Shown here in pieces: positions 39,585 to 52,477 of a stretch of 64,000 nucleotides of DNA. The position numbers were made by a program, and so were the translations under genes. The DNA comes from Phoronis australis. Its lineage: Eukaryota; Animalia; Phoronida. Within the stretch, counting starts at the first letter, position 1, and the number at the start of each line of letters is the position of its first letter. The stretch covers positions 580,901-644,900 of the forward strand of contig NMRA01000176.1 of assembly GCA_002633005.1 (NCBI GenBank), given 5' to 3'. The notes beneath the pieces were generated by a model, which saw only the letters and a program-made list of their open reading frames with translations, was not told where the DNA came from and ran no database searches.

Positions 39585-41114
39585 AACAAGAGCAACGCAG
39601 AGCGTTGAAATGCGCCCACAATTGCACCGCATACGGTATCCTTCTAGGGTTGTTTATTGGTACCATAAAGTGGCCAGTAGAGGGCATATATGTAGTGTGT
39701 TGTACTTAGCAAAATGGAAAGGTATGGTCATTGTCTCCTCAATAGGCTAGGGGCAAAATGTGAGTAATCTTCATAATACAAGCACATCCTATACACCAGT
39801 TGCTTAAAGCACCACAGAAACATAGAATTAAAAACAAATTTACCAACATACGAGATTAGCACAGCATTAGAATGCCAGAAACAAATTTCTACTTGGAACT
39901 TTTCCTTCACAGTCACGAAGTAACACAAAGTATACACCTGAAGACCTATGAAAATACAGAGGTCAATGTAAAATACTAAAATTGCCACTAGAGGCAAATA
40001 CTAAAATTGCCACTAGAGGCATACCGGTAGTCAGAATCATCCTAAAGTCGTCATCGTCCGTTGTCAACATCACATAAATACACTTGCTAAATTTAGTAAA
40101 GATCCTGCAAACGGTTTGGGAGATACAGCCATGGGCGCAAAAAAACAAAACTGCCACTAGGAGGCGCCACAGTAGTCCAAATCGTCTGAAAATCATTGTC
40201 AGCTGTCTTCCTTATAGTAAGCACATACACGCCAATTTTCACAATCATCCTTTGAGCGGTTTGGTTGATAGAGGGGTGGACGCAAAAATACAGACTCGAA
40301 AACAGTAAAAATGGCCACTAGGTGGCGCAAACTACGTCGAATCCATCTGAAAACAGTAGGATAGCGTCATCTCACTAATAGGTGCCTACATAACAAATTT
40401 CATGAAAATCCGTTCAGGACTTTTGAAGATACAAAGGTAAGCGTAAAAAACTAAAATTGCCACTAGGGGGCACACGAGTAGTAGGATCCGTCCAAGAGTA
40501 GTCATCTTCCGTTGTTAACATCATATAAATATACTTACACAATTTCGTAACGATCCTGCGAACGGTTTAGGAGATACAGCCATAGACGCAAAAAAAAAAA
40601 AACTGCCACTAGGAGGCGCCACAGAAGTCAAAATCGTCGGAAAATCATCGTCAACCGTCCTCTACATAGTAAGCATATACATGCCCATTTTCACAATCAT
40701 CCTTTGAGCGGTTTGGTTGATAGAGGGGTGGACGCACAAAAACAGACTCGAAAACACTAAAAATGGCCACTAGGTGGCGCAAACTATGTCGAATCCATCT
40801 GAAAACGGCAGTATAGCATCATCTCACTAATAGGTGCCTACATAACAAATTTCATGAAAATCCGTTCAGGACTTTTGAAGATACAAAGGTAAGCTTAAAA
40901 AACTAAAATTGCCACTAGGGGGCACACCGGTAGTCGGATCCGTCCTAAAGTTTGCACATGCCGTCCCATTCATGAATGGAACATATGTGCCTAATTTCAT
41001 GAACGTATGTCAAAGGGTTTTGGAGATAGAGCAGCGGACGCCGCCCGGACGGACGGACGGACGGACAGAGATGACGGCATAATGCGTCCACATATAAATA
41101 TGTGGGTGCATAAA
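39585..41114 (-). mobile_element. Helentron-associated (HINE-like) element, copy 2, with internal ~150-bp satellite arranged as a 452-bp trimer
   Basis: Same termini as 35820-36684, and ~39705-40030 is nearly identical to ~35869-36195. CCACTAG anchors occur at 40010, 40154, 40315, 40460, 40606, 40767 and 40912. Confidence 0.8.
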
Positions 41115-42155
41115 AAAGGTCAATTTCAGCTGCAATAAATTTGTCCAAATTTGGAGATTTCGGTATAGTTCAAAGTACTACCACTTTTGCCAGTTAATAT
41201 TGCGAGGAATATCCCACTAAACCTCCAATATCATATAACACAGAATGCAATAAAGAAGAACAAGGTGATTCACTTCAGAAATACTTGCAAGAACATGAGC
41301 GTTAAATACAAGGGTTGAAATGGTCTATAAACAATGTGTAACCAAGGCTGCTCACAAATTGCTAATGTCTAATTAACGTATTGTCAGGCGGTGATTACAA
41401 CTGTCACCAAGAGACAGTGATTGTATGTCAGAATAGGTTCAGATCCAAACATCGTGTCCAACTATACTTTTAGGCCACCACAAACTATGCTCTGCTGTTA
41501 AAAACACCAACTTCCTTTGTATGTATAATTTCTCTTACAAAGCAGCATCACCTTGTGCTTGTCCTTTGTTTGAACTGAAACTGGTCGGAATAAATCGCCA
41601 GGAATTCCCCACAACAAACATGTGGCTTTGGCTACTGAAACTAAGTGGCCATGACAAGCAAATAAATGGGCCTGGTTTGAGGCTATATTTCGCCTGATTT
41701 GGGGCTATAATGACTTGTCAATTCTTCTCAAGTCTAGGTATTGTTTGTGTTGCTTATTTGAAAACTTAGCTTTTGACGTAAAGTGCTAGTTTATTGGCCC
41801 TTTTAAGTGTGATTTCTGATTTTGGTTGGCTTAAGGATTGTTTGTAAAACAAAATTATTTAAAATGATAAGACTAAAAAACACATAAAACAGGTCACCAG
41901 AATTTAAAAAACTCATTTTGATTTAGTAGATGAAGGTATAAGTCTTTTAACGTATTTATTGCTCTTCAATGCACCTCTTCAATCATTACCAACTACTGAC
42001 ACTGACATATATTTTTAGGCTCAGTTTGCAGTCTCGCTTCAAAAATGCAATACTTTGAAAATTTGTAGAGTTAATATCCTACAGTCAAAATGTGGTTACA
42101 CCACCAAGTAATCAGAAATTACTTGTACAAGTATATATTTCTGAAAAGAGTACTC

Positions 42156-42230
42156 TGCCCCGACCAGGGCTTGAACCAAGGACCTTCTACAATATGTGTA
42201 GATGCTCTAGTTCACTGAGCCATCAAGACC
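42156..42230 (-). repeat. tRNA-derived SINE head / tRNA-like pseudogene
   Basis: Minus strand has A box TGGCTCAGTGA and B box GGTTCAAGCCC at tRNA spacing, with a hairpin TCTACA...TGTAGA. The acceptor stem is poor. Confidence 0.55.
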
Positions 42231-42579
42231 ACTGGTTGAACCCAGAAGTCCAATAAATCAGAGTTGGGTTTTGAAGGACTTCAGGGCCATGTTGTCATGT
42301 ATGAATGATCATTGCAGACTCTGCTACTGTCTAGAGTGAATACCCCACAAACTAGGACACTAGGCCATGTGATGTGAACACACATGACTCTGTAAGGTGG
42401 CTACTCTATGCGTTCATGAAACCACAGTCTTCGATGATCGTTCATATCTTACAAAAACTTTTAGTTGTAACTGTCAAATGATTTTTAAAGCATAAACAAG
42501 AGCAACGCGGAGCATTGAAATGCGTCCGCAACAACGTGTTCTAAATTGAACAATTTTCACCACAGAAGGCGCTACTCAC

Positions 42580-42687
42580 CACGTTGGAGTCTGGCTCAGA
42601 ATGGAATAAGTCGTACAAGTTGAGAATGAGCGGCTGATTGGAGAATATTGTGGACGCATAGGTCTTGGTGTCCGTCTCTGACAGGCT
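42580..42687 (-). CDS. FAM126A: Hyccin coding exon 2
   Basis: tgcag|AGC...GTG|gtgagt; translates SLSETDTKTYASTIFSNQPLILNLYDLFHSEPDSNV (cf. TLPETSLPNYATNL...LYKVIQEPQSE). Confidence 0.88.
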
Positions 42688-43167
42688 CTGCAAGAAGGTA
42701 AGATCAGTTCATTCACAGTGAACAGAACTAAATGAAATGGAATTAACAAAACAGGGACCTCACTCAGCATACGAGGAAAGGTGACCCAAGTTTGTACTTT
42801 TTGATTGGGAAACTCTTGCCATGAGGAAAACACCCTTAGTTCACTACGAAATTATGCCAAGCGGTGTTTTGACTGGAGTTAGTCCTCGAAATAGAAATGC
42901 TTTCACACAGAAACTTGATACACTGATCATTTATAGAAAAAATGAATTTCAAAGTTTTTGACAATTTCATAAAATCAAAACTTGGACAATTTTTTGCTGC
43001 CAACTTGATCAGCAAACGTTAATTTTATCAACTGCTGAAAAATAACACTATGCCTCATGGCTGCTTTTCAAGTCAGAAGTTAACAACTTTAGATAACTTT
43101 AACTTGTACTGCCCCACGGAATATTAAGACATGATATTGTACTGTTTGACATCTGATAGTAATCAAT

Positions 43168-43215
43168 ACTAATAACAACAACAACAATAATAATAATAAA
43201 CTTTATTTATAGAAA
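43168..43215 (-). repeat. (AAC)n(AAT)n tract next to AATAAA; resembles a LINE 3' tail on the minus strand
   Basis: Minus strand reads AATAAAGTTTATTATTATTATTGTTGTTGTT. Confidence 0.4.
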
Positions 43216-46200
43216 TAAAATACAGTAGATTTTAAAAACATGTTTTAGCCAAAGGCTGCGTAATATACAGCATCAATTAATTAACAAATTGAATTAAGAC
43301 ATAAATTAGAACTTTTATATGGTATATACAAAGAAATGACTGAAAACGAAGGGAGGGACAGCTATGATGACCACATTCACAGGTAACTGTCATCTCGTAA
43401 AGATAAAGATAGTTGATCATCTCACTTCTAATTAACTTTAATGAATTACTTCAGTTTCGTGTGAAAGCCATTAGCCCACACGAACACGACAGTGAAACTT
43501 AAATCCAAGGCATATAATAATCTTTCAACAAGATTCACAAGATAACATCAATGTTAGATCGAATAACGAAAGAAGAAGAGATTGCAAATCTACCCTAACA
43601 CCATTATTTTTCCAAGGATATTGAAATGGTGGTAGTTAGTTATTGTAAGGACAATCTTTTATCACATACTTTAGACTTTCCTATTTAGTCTCTCTAAGTC
43701 AATGTGGAATGAATCGATTCATTATTAATATCCAATTCAAGCCAAAATAATGAATTATTAACAAATGCTTACCTTTAACAATCATGTTTTCAATAGTGCC
43801 ACCCCCATATAAAAATTGGTGGAAATAAAAATCCAGGAATTTTTCAAGCAAATTCTTTCCTAAGAATTTTTTGCACTGGGATATGAATTTGCCGAGATTG
43901 AGTTCTACCAAATTCCGTAGGAAAAAACTATCCATGACTATCAGAGTTTATTGATTAAATTAAAATTCCGAACTTTCTCTATATTCAAAAGACCACGAGT
44001 TGTACAGCACTGACTGTGTAGTGTCAGTGTCTGCCAATAGGGACAACACAACTTTCCGGCTATTCATGAATCCACACCAGTTCCTGAAATATTTCTATAG
44101 GTCATTAAAAAGAATATGTACCTCAGAGAATCCACGTGCAAAAATTCATGTCAATTCCTCTCAGAGTTTAAAATGGCACCTTAGCATGATTGAAAATGGA
44201 CGAAAACTTGTTATATCTGCCCTCCAAACTTGCGGTTAAGCAGCAATTGATCCTACAATGCACTCTCTAGACTACAAAATATTTTCCTCCCAAAATCAAG
44301 GTGTGCATGCTCAATGTCCGATATTTCCACTATCTTTAATCGGAAGTTAATGGTTTAAGGCACAACAGTAGAACACGTTAGATACAATAATCGTACCGTA
44401 TTTCAGCAATGTACATATAAAATTACGCCCTCTACAAGCATTTGAATCTGAATTTAAAAACAAAATGGCCACCATGTCTGACATCTTGAATGCGATCATG
44501 ACCAAAAACAATAGGCTTCCAGCTCTTCTGGAGATAGAGGTTGTGTGCAAATTTCGTGCGAGTTAGACGAAAATTGTGACCTGTAGAGTGCGAACAAGCA
44601 CAAACAATTTTGTGTCAGAGCAACATACTTCACCAAGTAATGAAATCTCACTAGTCGAGGTGTTGGCCAGGTTGTGTCTTGAATTCAGGTAAGATTCTAC
44701 TTTGGTTGGGATATTACAAATGACAACTCAAGAGTTCCTGATATATAAACATTTTGGTTGAGAAATAAAGTAAAAATTAAATTCCACTTTTTCAAAATAA
44801 AGAATCCAAAATGTAAAGAATTGTCAACTTTTTCAGATAAATGGAAGCAGCCACGTCGGCAAAAACAAGGACAATATTATATTTGTAGTGATGAAGCCAA
44901 ACTGTTGCCGGAAAGACGGAAACAACGTGCTGGAACACGTAGCATGACAAGGAGCTGTCACATCCTAATGACGTCAACATGGTTACCTAAGTTCCAGAAT
45001 AAACTGAATAGGAATCCAGTTGTCGTGATAAGCATCAGGTGTAGTCAATATGCTGTCAAATGTCGAAAAACAGACTGCAATTTATGTGCGACAACTTTGA
45101 AATTGAATTTCAAGCAAACCGTTAAATACCGAAGCCAGTCTGAAAGATTCAACAAACTTTGCAGTTTACATCGAGGCTCTCTGATACTAGAGTATAAATG
45201 GTGCTAAAAGGCCTTAAGTCTCTAATCTATCACTTAAATCTCGAAAAGCCCTATTGGGAAGGGTGACTTATTCCAGGGTAACTTGCACCACTTCTAATTG
45301 CTGTGTGCCACAAACCTGGGGAAAAGCGGAAGTAATTATCTGCTGCAGTTATATACAGATGGATCTGTGTTCGCATTACCTGTCCATTGTCACGCACAGA
45401 GCGATAACTTCCGCCTTACCCCAGTTAACGGATATGTGTGAGTGTACGATCCACTTAAAGTGGGGCAAGTTGCACTTAAGTGCAAGTTGTTCTAGGGAAG
45501 GCTGTGTGTGTGGACGGCACGTAAGAATGCTTGACCAGCAAGCTATTTTATGTGTTGAGTACAGGTCCATAGCAATTTCAAACTGTTTTTCACAGACCTT
45601 GAAATCCTCTACAACACCTGTTTCATGCCAACATAACTCCGTGAACAGCGAAGCGTTGTTCTCAATTGCAAAAATAGTTGAACCTTCATCACCGGCTTCA
45701 ATGTTTAATGGACACCAGGCATATCCAGGTTTAATGTGTGATTCATCAAAGAACTTTATCGCAAGATGTTGCTCTGAAAGCTTTATGCAGGCATAATCTT
45801 TTTAAATTTGAAGTATCGTATATATGAACGGATCATAAATAAAACATAGTGCTCGAAAGTTATAGCTGAAGAGAGGTAGACGTTTTCAAAATTAGGATCA
45901 ACACAACACGTGTTGTTACTAACAGCAACAACTACTGATAACACCGATGACACTGAAGTGTTCATACCACATTGAGGTGTTGATGCTCAGTTGATCAATT
46001 CACCTGCTTACTGCGAAGATGGCTTTTCAGGTGTTAACATCAATTCAAGACTGAAAATAACCGTTCATACTGACCGACATTCCCCAAAACATAAGCATAA
46101 GTCTTATTGTTCAAATGTGTCTAGTGAAAGTTAACAACTGAGATGACACAATCAAAATTCTTCAATTTGGGACAAAAATGATTACTAGATTTGCTGCTTA

Positions 46201-49200
46201 CAGGAAAACTGCATTTTGTCTGAACGTTAGTCTTAAAGAGAGGCAAGTCTTAACTTTTTTAACGACAAAGTGACAACAATGAAAATGCAAGACGATATCA
46301 TTTTGTATAACCCTTAAGTCAGGACTTGGTGTTAGTCCATTTGACAGGTTTAGCAATAAACGTGTAAAAGTTAATTGTTACCTATCTAAGACACAGTGTA
46401 GTCAAAAAATGAAGTTTGATTTGGAATCGGTAAAATATAGATTAAGACATAAGCTAAATTTCTCATTGGAACAAGGTAATCAGTCTGCGCAATACATAAA
46501 TTGAACAATTATCATCTTATATAGTACTCTGGTTGAAAGTTATGTAGGACCCTTGACAAATAGCCAAATTAGGCCGAATTTGGAACATCATATCTTAGAA
46601 ATAGCTCATCAGATTCATACGAAACTTCCAGGTACTATTCTTTATGCATTGATCTCAAAAACCCCATCAAGAATTGTTTTTAAAATGCTCCACTTTGTAC
46701 GAGAGGCTATCAAAAATAGGACTTTTATTATTTTCATGGAAAATCTTTAACGTTTCATATAAGGGTATTTCAAAATAAATGATATTTTGGAAAACTGTAA
46801 CATCGTTTTTGATGTCTTACCTTGATCATTTACATCAAATAAAATTTGATCATGATATTTATAACATTGTTTTGCTATCAATGACCCTTTCTTTTTTCTT
46901 TAAGTTTTACTAAAAAGGCATGGTTACATGACCCTTTTTATAAAGTAAAAGTAAAAATCAAATTCCACAGATTTTATACTTTCAAGAAAATGTATACCGT
47001 TACCGAAAATCTAGTTTTTTAGACATAGTGTTAAATGCATGGAGTTGTTGGCAAGGTAGCCGATTTTGGTTTCCATAGAACCATAAATTTTGAAGAAAGG
47101 TACTTGCTGTCGCTACAAAGCGAACATTTATTCCCCAGTCAGTGATAATTATACCCTAACTGAAACTGAGGAAAAATGTTTGAAGGTCGGTTTACAGCAA
47201 CTTCAATAAGCAATTTTAAAAACAAAAACCATGGATTAAGGCCCAAAAACACATCAATCCTGAACTACCAAAATTCCAATCCAATTACAAGACTGCACTA
47301 TTATTACCACTGCTAAGAAAGGAAAAGATGTTAGCTGATGCCCGACAGCTTTTAATAATCATTAATGATGACTAACACATTACCGTGGATCAGACGAAAA
47401 ACTTAGATACAGAGCAATATGATATGGATATCAAGGGGAATCTTCTCTCAGTGATATGACACTCATGGTTGAACTAATTACGGTATACATACGGTATTAG
47501 ATATTCTTAATGTAAGGAGGCTAACAGTACGAAATCCTAATTAGGTTCAGCAACACCACGATAGTGTTTTAGCAACTTGTCACCCAACTGTTTGGTAACC
47601 ATGGCGACAGCAGATCAATATTATATAATTTCCTAAGACGTGAACAACATAAGGATGCTACGTCTCATTAAAACCGAGAATATTTAAATATGCAGCAATC
47701 GCCACCTAGTGACTTCCTGGAGAGCTGTGTGTAAAAGTATAACCAGGAAACAAATTGTAATTTATAAATAACAGTCCGCGTTAAATATAACATCACAACT
47801 GATGCACTTAAAAACAAGTGTGAACAATAAAAACCTCAAGTAATTCAGTACAAATAGGAATAATTACAAGTAAAACACCTGAGGGAAGATAAGAAGTTTT
47901 TGCCCTCCCTCTACGCTTGACTTAACCAAGGAATTTGCAGTAAAAATTCTTTAGTTTCAGACACAATATGGCAAATGGATGAAATATGAGTTTGCCAACA
48001 GAAATTCCAAGATTGCTTTTCACATGGTTTGCACAGTGTAGCTATTATCAACCTTTGGTGTTTCAAGTAGTAAACCTCTAGAAACCAGAAAATGAACAAT
48101 GCCAGGAATTGTTTATGTCCCAAATTTAAGAATTCTAACTACCGTATTGAAATATGAAAGGGCATTTAACGATTTTTTTTGAGATTAAAACTGAGATGTA
48201 TTCATTTTCAAGCATACATACGGCAAGTGACAACCATCACTAAATTAGCCCCAACCATACCCTTTCCACTGATGCAAGCGTGTAACATGGTACCACCGAG
48301 GAACACATGCAGAATTAGTCGATATTCCGAGCAGATTAAACAGTCCAAATTTTAGCAGGCCCTTCAATTAAATGTCAGAAAATAACAGTTTATAAGCTTT
48401 CAAACAATCCATCACAACTTTGGAAGCTGGAAAAGTTACATTGTGAGACACTGCTTAATAAGAGCAAGCCATGCTACATATGCCAATCATATCAAGTCAG
48501 AGGTTGTTTTAGAATTGCTCATTTGTTGTAAAGACATGTTCTTTCTGTAGAAGTCCACGACATTAAAAGCTATCTGGTGCAATAATAATTTTAAAAAATG
48601 GCAAAATTTCACATACAACATTTTCAGTAAGTTTCAAATAATTTAGTGAACTTACATTTCATCTTACATATTTCTGAGTTAATGTCATGACATCTACACA
48701 ACAAAAAGATTTTCCACAATATTTTTATGAGTTTGATCTGAAACAATCACTGATAATATGAAATATTTTGAAAAATGAAAGACAATAACAAAAAGGGTAT
48801 CAAAGTTTTGTGGCAAAACTTGTTGGTATGAAATGAGAATTCGAAACCCATCTCAGCATTAAGTAATTGTTCTTCGAGACGAAAGGTGACTATTGATCCA
48901 AGGCATATGCACACTTCTGCGACTGATTGGCGACAGTATTCACCTTTCTCAGGCTTCTAATTCAATCAGAGACGCGCTTTTGTGTAACAGATACCCCATG
49001 ATGGGAAGATGTCACTCCCATCTATTAAGTGTTTGCCACAGATGTCGCTCAACACCAGTTAGTCAAAACACCATGATTTTCAGAATTCTACAATTTCAGA
49101 AAGTAAAAGAGTTTGAAAGTTATAAGTGGGAGTGGTTTCAGAAACTCAACACTCGCACTTAAAGTTATGTAGAACCATAGAAAAATATCCAAATTCCGCT

Positions 49201-49265
49201 AAATTCGTATGCATCAAAATGGCCAAACCTAAAAAAATTAAAAATTACATTTTTACCAAAATGAT

Positions 49266-49776
49266 GCTTTCTCATTAGAGGCGAAACTTCGCTTTTACCA
49301 AAATTTCGGTAAGTGGGAAAGTTAACTCCTGTAGTTAAACTTCAAGTGAAACTTTGCTAAAATAGTAGGATTGAAAAGCAAAGCATCAGTACTTATCAAA
49401 ACTTCGGTGTAATGAGAAATTATTGGTAGAGGTCGCGGCAAGAATATACAATCACACAAGACTCACAAAACATGTTCTTTATTATTGTAGCATAACTGAT
49501 GTGCTCTCAATAGATGCACGTAAATAAATAAAACAAAGCATGACACTGATCATTTTCATAAACACTCCTAAATAGCCGGAGAACAATTTTCAGTTAGCCT
49601 TGAACCCACTACTCAATATTCATTTGAGAGTAACAATGAACTATGCTGTCTGGTGTCTACTCCAATGGCTGAATTGGCATCCAGCGATAACTTTGATATC
49701 GCTGTCTAGTGGGAAAGGTAAGTGAAGTTTTGGTAGAGCTTCGGTAAACCGAAGTTCCCCTAATGGGAAAGAACCT
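49266..49776. mobile_element. Degenerate inverted-repeat MITE (possibly PIF/Harbinger-like)
   Basis: CTTTCTCATTAG..AACTTCG..TACCAAAATTTC at left mirrors GAAGTTTTGGTA..CGAAGTT..CTAATGGGAAAG at right, followed by TAA. Confidence 0.45.
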
Positions 49777-50219
49777 TAACTGCAACTTCTTGGCAAGTGT
49801 AAAATTGTGGACAATGACATGTAACTCTTCAGTAATTAATCAAAATATAAAAGGGAGGAAAAACAAAGTTAACTTTCCAATTGTCTCTGTTTAAATAGTT
49901 ACGAATCGCCACTCCAGTCTATACTATAAAGCATTTCCTCTTCAGACAGAAAATCAGCAAGATCTTTTAGCTCGTTGATTTCTCATGGTATTTGCCACAT
50001 TTTTCAACAGAGCTAGAAAACCTTTTACAGAATTTGTCGGTGCTTTGTTTTGAAAGTGAAACCGAATGCCAGCAGTCATCAGAAAAAGACCAAGTGAATT
50101 TAAGCATTAACAGTGTACCAATCAAAGCCTTTGAAAGCATGAAAAATGGCAATTCTTGCAATTTTAATAACGGAAATCGAAGAAACTGCTGCAGTTATCA
50201 GTTTCGCTTGAAAGCTTAC

Positions 50220-50258
50220 CTTGTACTCTGTCAGCCAGTCTCTGATAAGGCGTGTCAT
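50220..50258 (-). CDS. FAM126A: Hyccin coding exon 1 (exon spans 50220-50322 including 5' UTR)
   Basis: ATG ACA CGC CTT ATC AGA GAC TGG CTG ACA GAG TAC AAG|gtaagc = MTRLIRDWLTEYK (cf. VVEEWLSEFK). An in-frame TAA lies upstream, and an acceptor ttgcag sits just upstream of 50322. Confidence 0.88.
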
Positions 50259-51321
50259 TTCATCTGCACAGGTCACTTATGCAGTACTTTGGCAGTAATC
50301 ACGCACGCCAACACTCTTCAACCTGCAATAAAGATACCTTATCAAGAACATAGTCTTGGGATTTAAGCACAATACACTTGAATAGTCAGCCTAGCTTAAA
50401 AATTAATTTTAATGAACTTATGAGGGGGAACTGTAATCTCCTGACATAGTAAATCTGACAAAGTAAACACCAGTGAAAAACCATTTGAAAAATGAACTGG
50501 ATGGCTGTCTGGAAATGTCTGTCTGGTGCATTATGGTCACATGCGTTTAAAATCAGGCAACAAAAAATGTCCGAAATCTGTAACATGAAATTATATAACA
50601 ATTGACAAATCTGAGAAAGTAGCAAAAGAGTGTCCCGACAATGCTCAGGGTCATTCTGGCATTCTTAAATATTTTTTATGTAAACATATTATGTTTTAGC
50701 TGACAAAGATTTTGAATGAAAAAAACATTGTGCACTCCATCCAGTAGTTCCATGGGTGAAAAACAACACGACTACCAGACCCAGAACATGAGCACCGGTT
50801 TTCCAAATCGGACCGGTGAATTCACTGTGTATCATGTCTTCTACATAACCTGTCAAGGGCAGCCACTTGAAAACCATTAGACAGGTGAGAATTGAAAATC
50901 ATTAGACAAATTAATCACAGACGCAATTGCCCTCCAGAGGTAATTTGTTAAACTATCTCAACTGTGGCCCTGAACCTGAGAACAGCAAGTTAACAAAAGT
51001 GGGAAAAGCAAAAAAAATGTGTAGTATGCTCCAAACTCATATTTTTGCTTTTTTCTTTTTAATACTTCTATTCAGCAGTAACCTCATCAGAACGAAGTCA
51101 CGAAAATCCTCAACATGTTTACGCCATATTCTCTTCGCATTGTGTACTCAAGCTAAGACTGAGCATTAGGAGGAAAGAGACTACTAGGAGACACTGGGAA
51201 AAAGAAAGTTCCTTGTCTCTTTTAGCCGACACCAGGTGGTGCTGGAGAAAGAAAACCCAACATTTTAACTGGCATCAGACGACTAGTTCTTTTTGAAAAT
51301 AGGGACAACTAAAAACACCAC

Positions 51322-51490
51322 ACGTTTCATTTTAGGCTCTTGACTTGAACAAATTCTTTTTTAAAACTAATTCAAGTTACAAACATCGACTCTTGCTACT
51401 TTTGTGGACAATCTTAAGAAAATTTGAAGCACTTATTTTGGGACTGTAAAGCTGTGAACTCATTTTGGAAAAGGGTTAATACTGACATGA
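51322..51490 (+). mobile_element. Decayed L1/Tx1-type LINE ORF2 fragment (C-terminal CCHC motif)
   Basis: Translates DSCYFCGQS*ENLKHLFWDCKAVNSFWKRV, the CxxC..HLFWxC..FW motif of L1/Tx1 ORF2, with an in-frame stop. Confidence 0.75.
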
Positions 51491-52477
51491 ATTCATGACA
51501 GCCCACTTTCCTACAACAATGTTATCTTGAGCAAGAAACTTGTGAAACACCATATTCCTATTTGGTAAATAGTACATTTATTAGCAGAAGTTTGTATCGA
51601 AAATTTTGTTCTTTTAAGTGCTTTAATATCGTCCATCGAACAATTGAGTGAAAAGTATAGTGTTCCTAAAAATTCATAATTTAGATCTCTTGTAAGTTTG
51701 AAGCTTTTTACACAAGTAGTCAGCAAGATTAGGTGTGCATATGCATATATGTGACTATGTGTCTTTTTGTAAAAAACCACAACACTGTAACAATTTTCAA
51801 AAATAACATACCCAAAATATGCTATTTATGGCCTTGAAGGTAAGTTTCTACTTGTCACTGTCAGTGTTAGCCTTGGTATACAGATTTGGAACACTCTGGG
51901 TAAAAAGTACAAAACAAAAAATTTTGCACAAAGTTAATGAATTCAAAACTACAGTCTTCATTGACTTAATAATTAAATTTGGTTATCGTTACAAAAAGAA
52001 TGCCATTAGCCCAAAATTATGCAGTAAAGTTTGTGGATCAATATGAGCGCCATCTGTTGGTCAATCTCTGTTTTCGCCGATTCTTCAATCCACCATCTTT
52101 TTTCACATACTGTATTGCGCACAGTTTAAAACAAATTACCAGAAGTGGTTGCACTTAATTAGTTTTCAGTATTTTACTACCAGTGAGCCAAAATTATCAG
52201 AAAATTTTGCTTGGGAAATTTGTCATAATCTCCCAAAAGAAGACACTCTAGCCAACCTAACTTTGAGCAAATGGCCCGTATGCATGTCATGAGTGTACCA
52301 TTTCGAAATCTTCAAATGACTTTTGTTTCTTACAAAAGCTGAAGAGTAAAAAAAGAAAATGGCATTAATCAGAATGAGCTTCTTTTAAACGACAAAAAGT
52401 ACAAGATTGTTGCAATTTGAATGTCGCAGAACTTTGCAAAAACGTATGCACGGCTGGAGGTGCTAGGTTTTGAGGTT

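Larger units (their letters stand above)
3426..50258 (-). other. FAM126A: Hyccin (FAM126/HYCC family; PI4KIIIalpha-TTC7-EFR3 complex subunit), complete spliced CDS: complement(join(3426..3916,6614..6779,8754..8841,9909..10040,11995..12090,13303..13424,18462..18542,37477..37521,38619..38753,42580..42687,50220..50258)), 500 aa
   Basis: The 11 exons have GT-AG boundaries and consistent phases, summing to 1503 nt. The translation matches recalled hyccin motifs in order: DWLTEYK, EPVVHQLFEFYRS, IETTLLGIYNLE, IPSLGMASIYHE, LTESALS, CYNA, ALEDIHFRACHELYPEVLLVTNAIKNSL, ITNASFRIKKLPDDI. Confidence 0.95.

Noticed and set aside
35892-39997. Two near-identical 89-aa ORFs (MPLVAILV...) as a duplicated gene
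   Set aside because: Both lie inside the twin HINE copies, with no recognisable domain or gene structure.
42156-42230. Functional tRNA gene
   Set aside because: Only the A and B boxes are convincing, while the acceptor stem and anticodon loop are non-canonical. Treated as a SINE head, as is 418-486.
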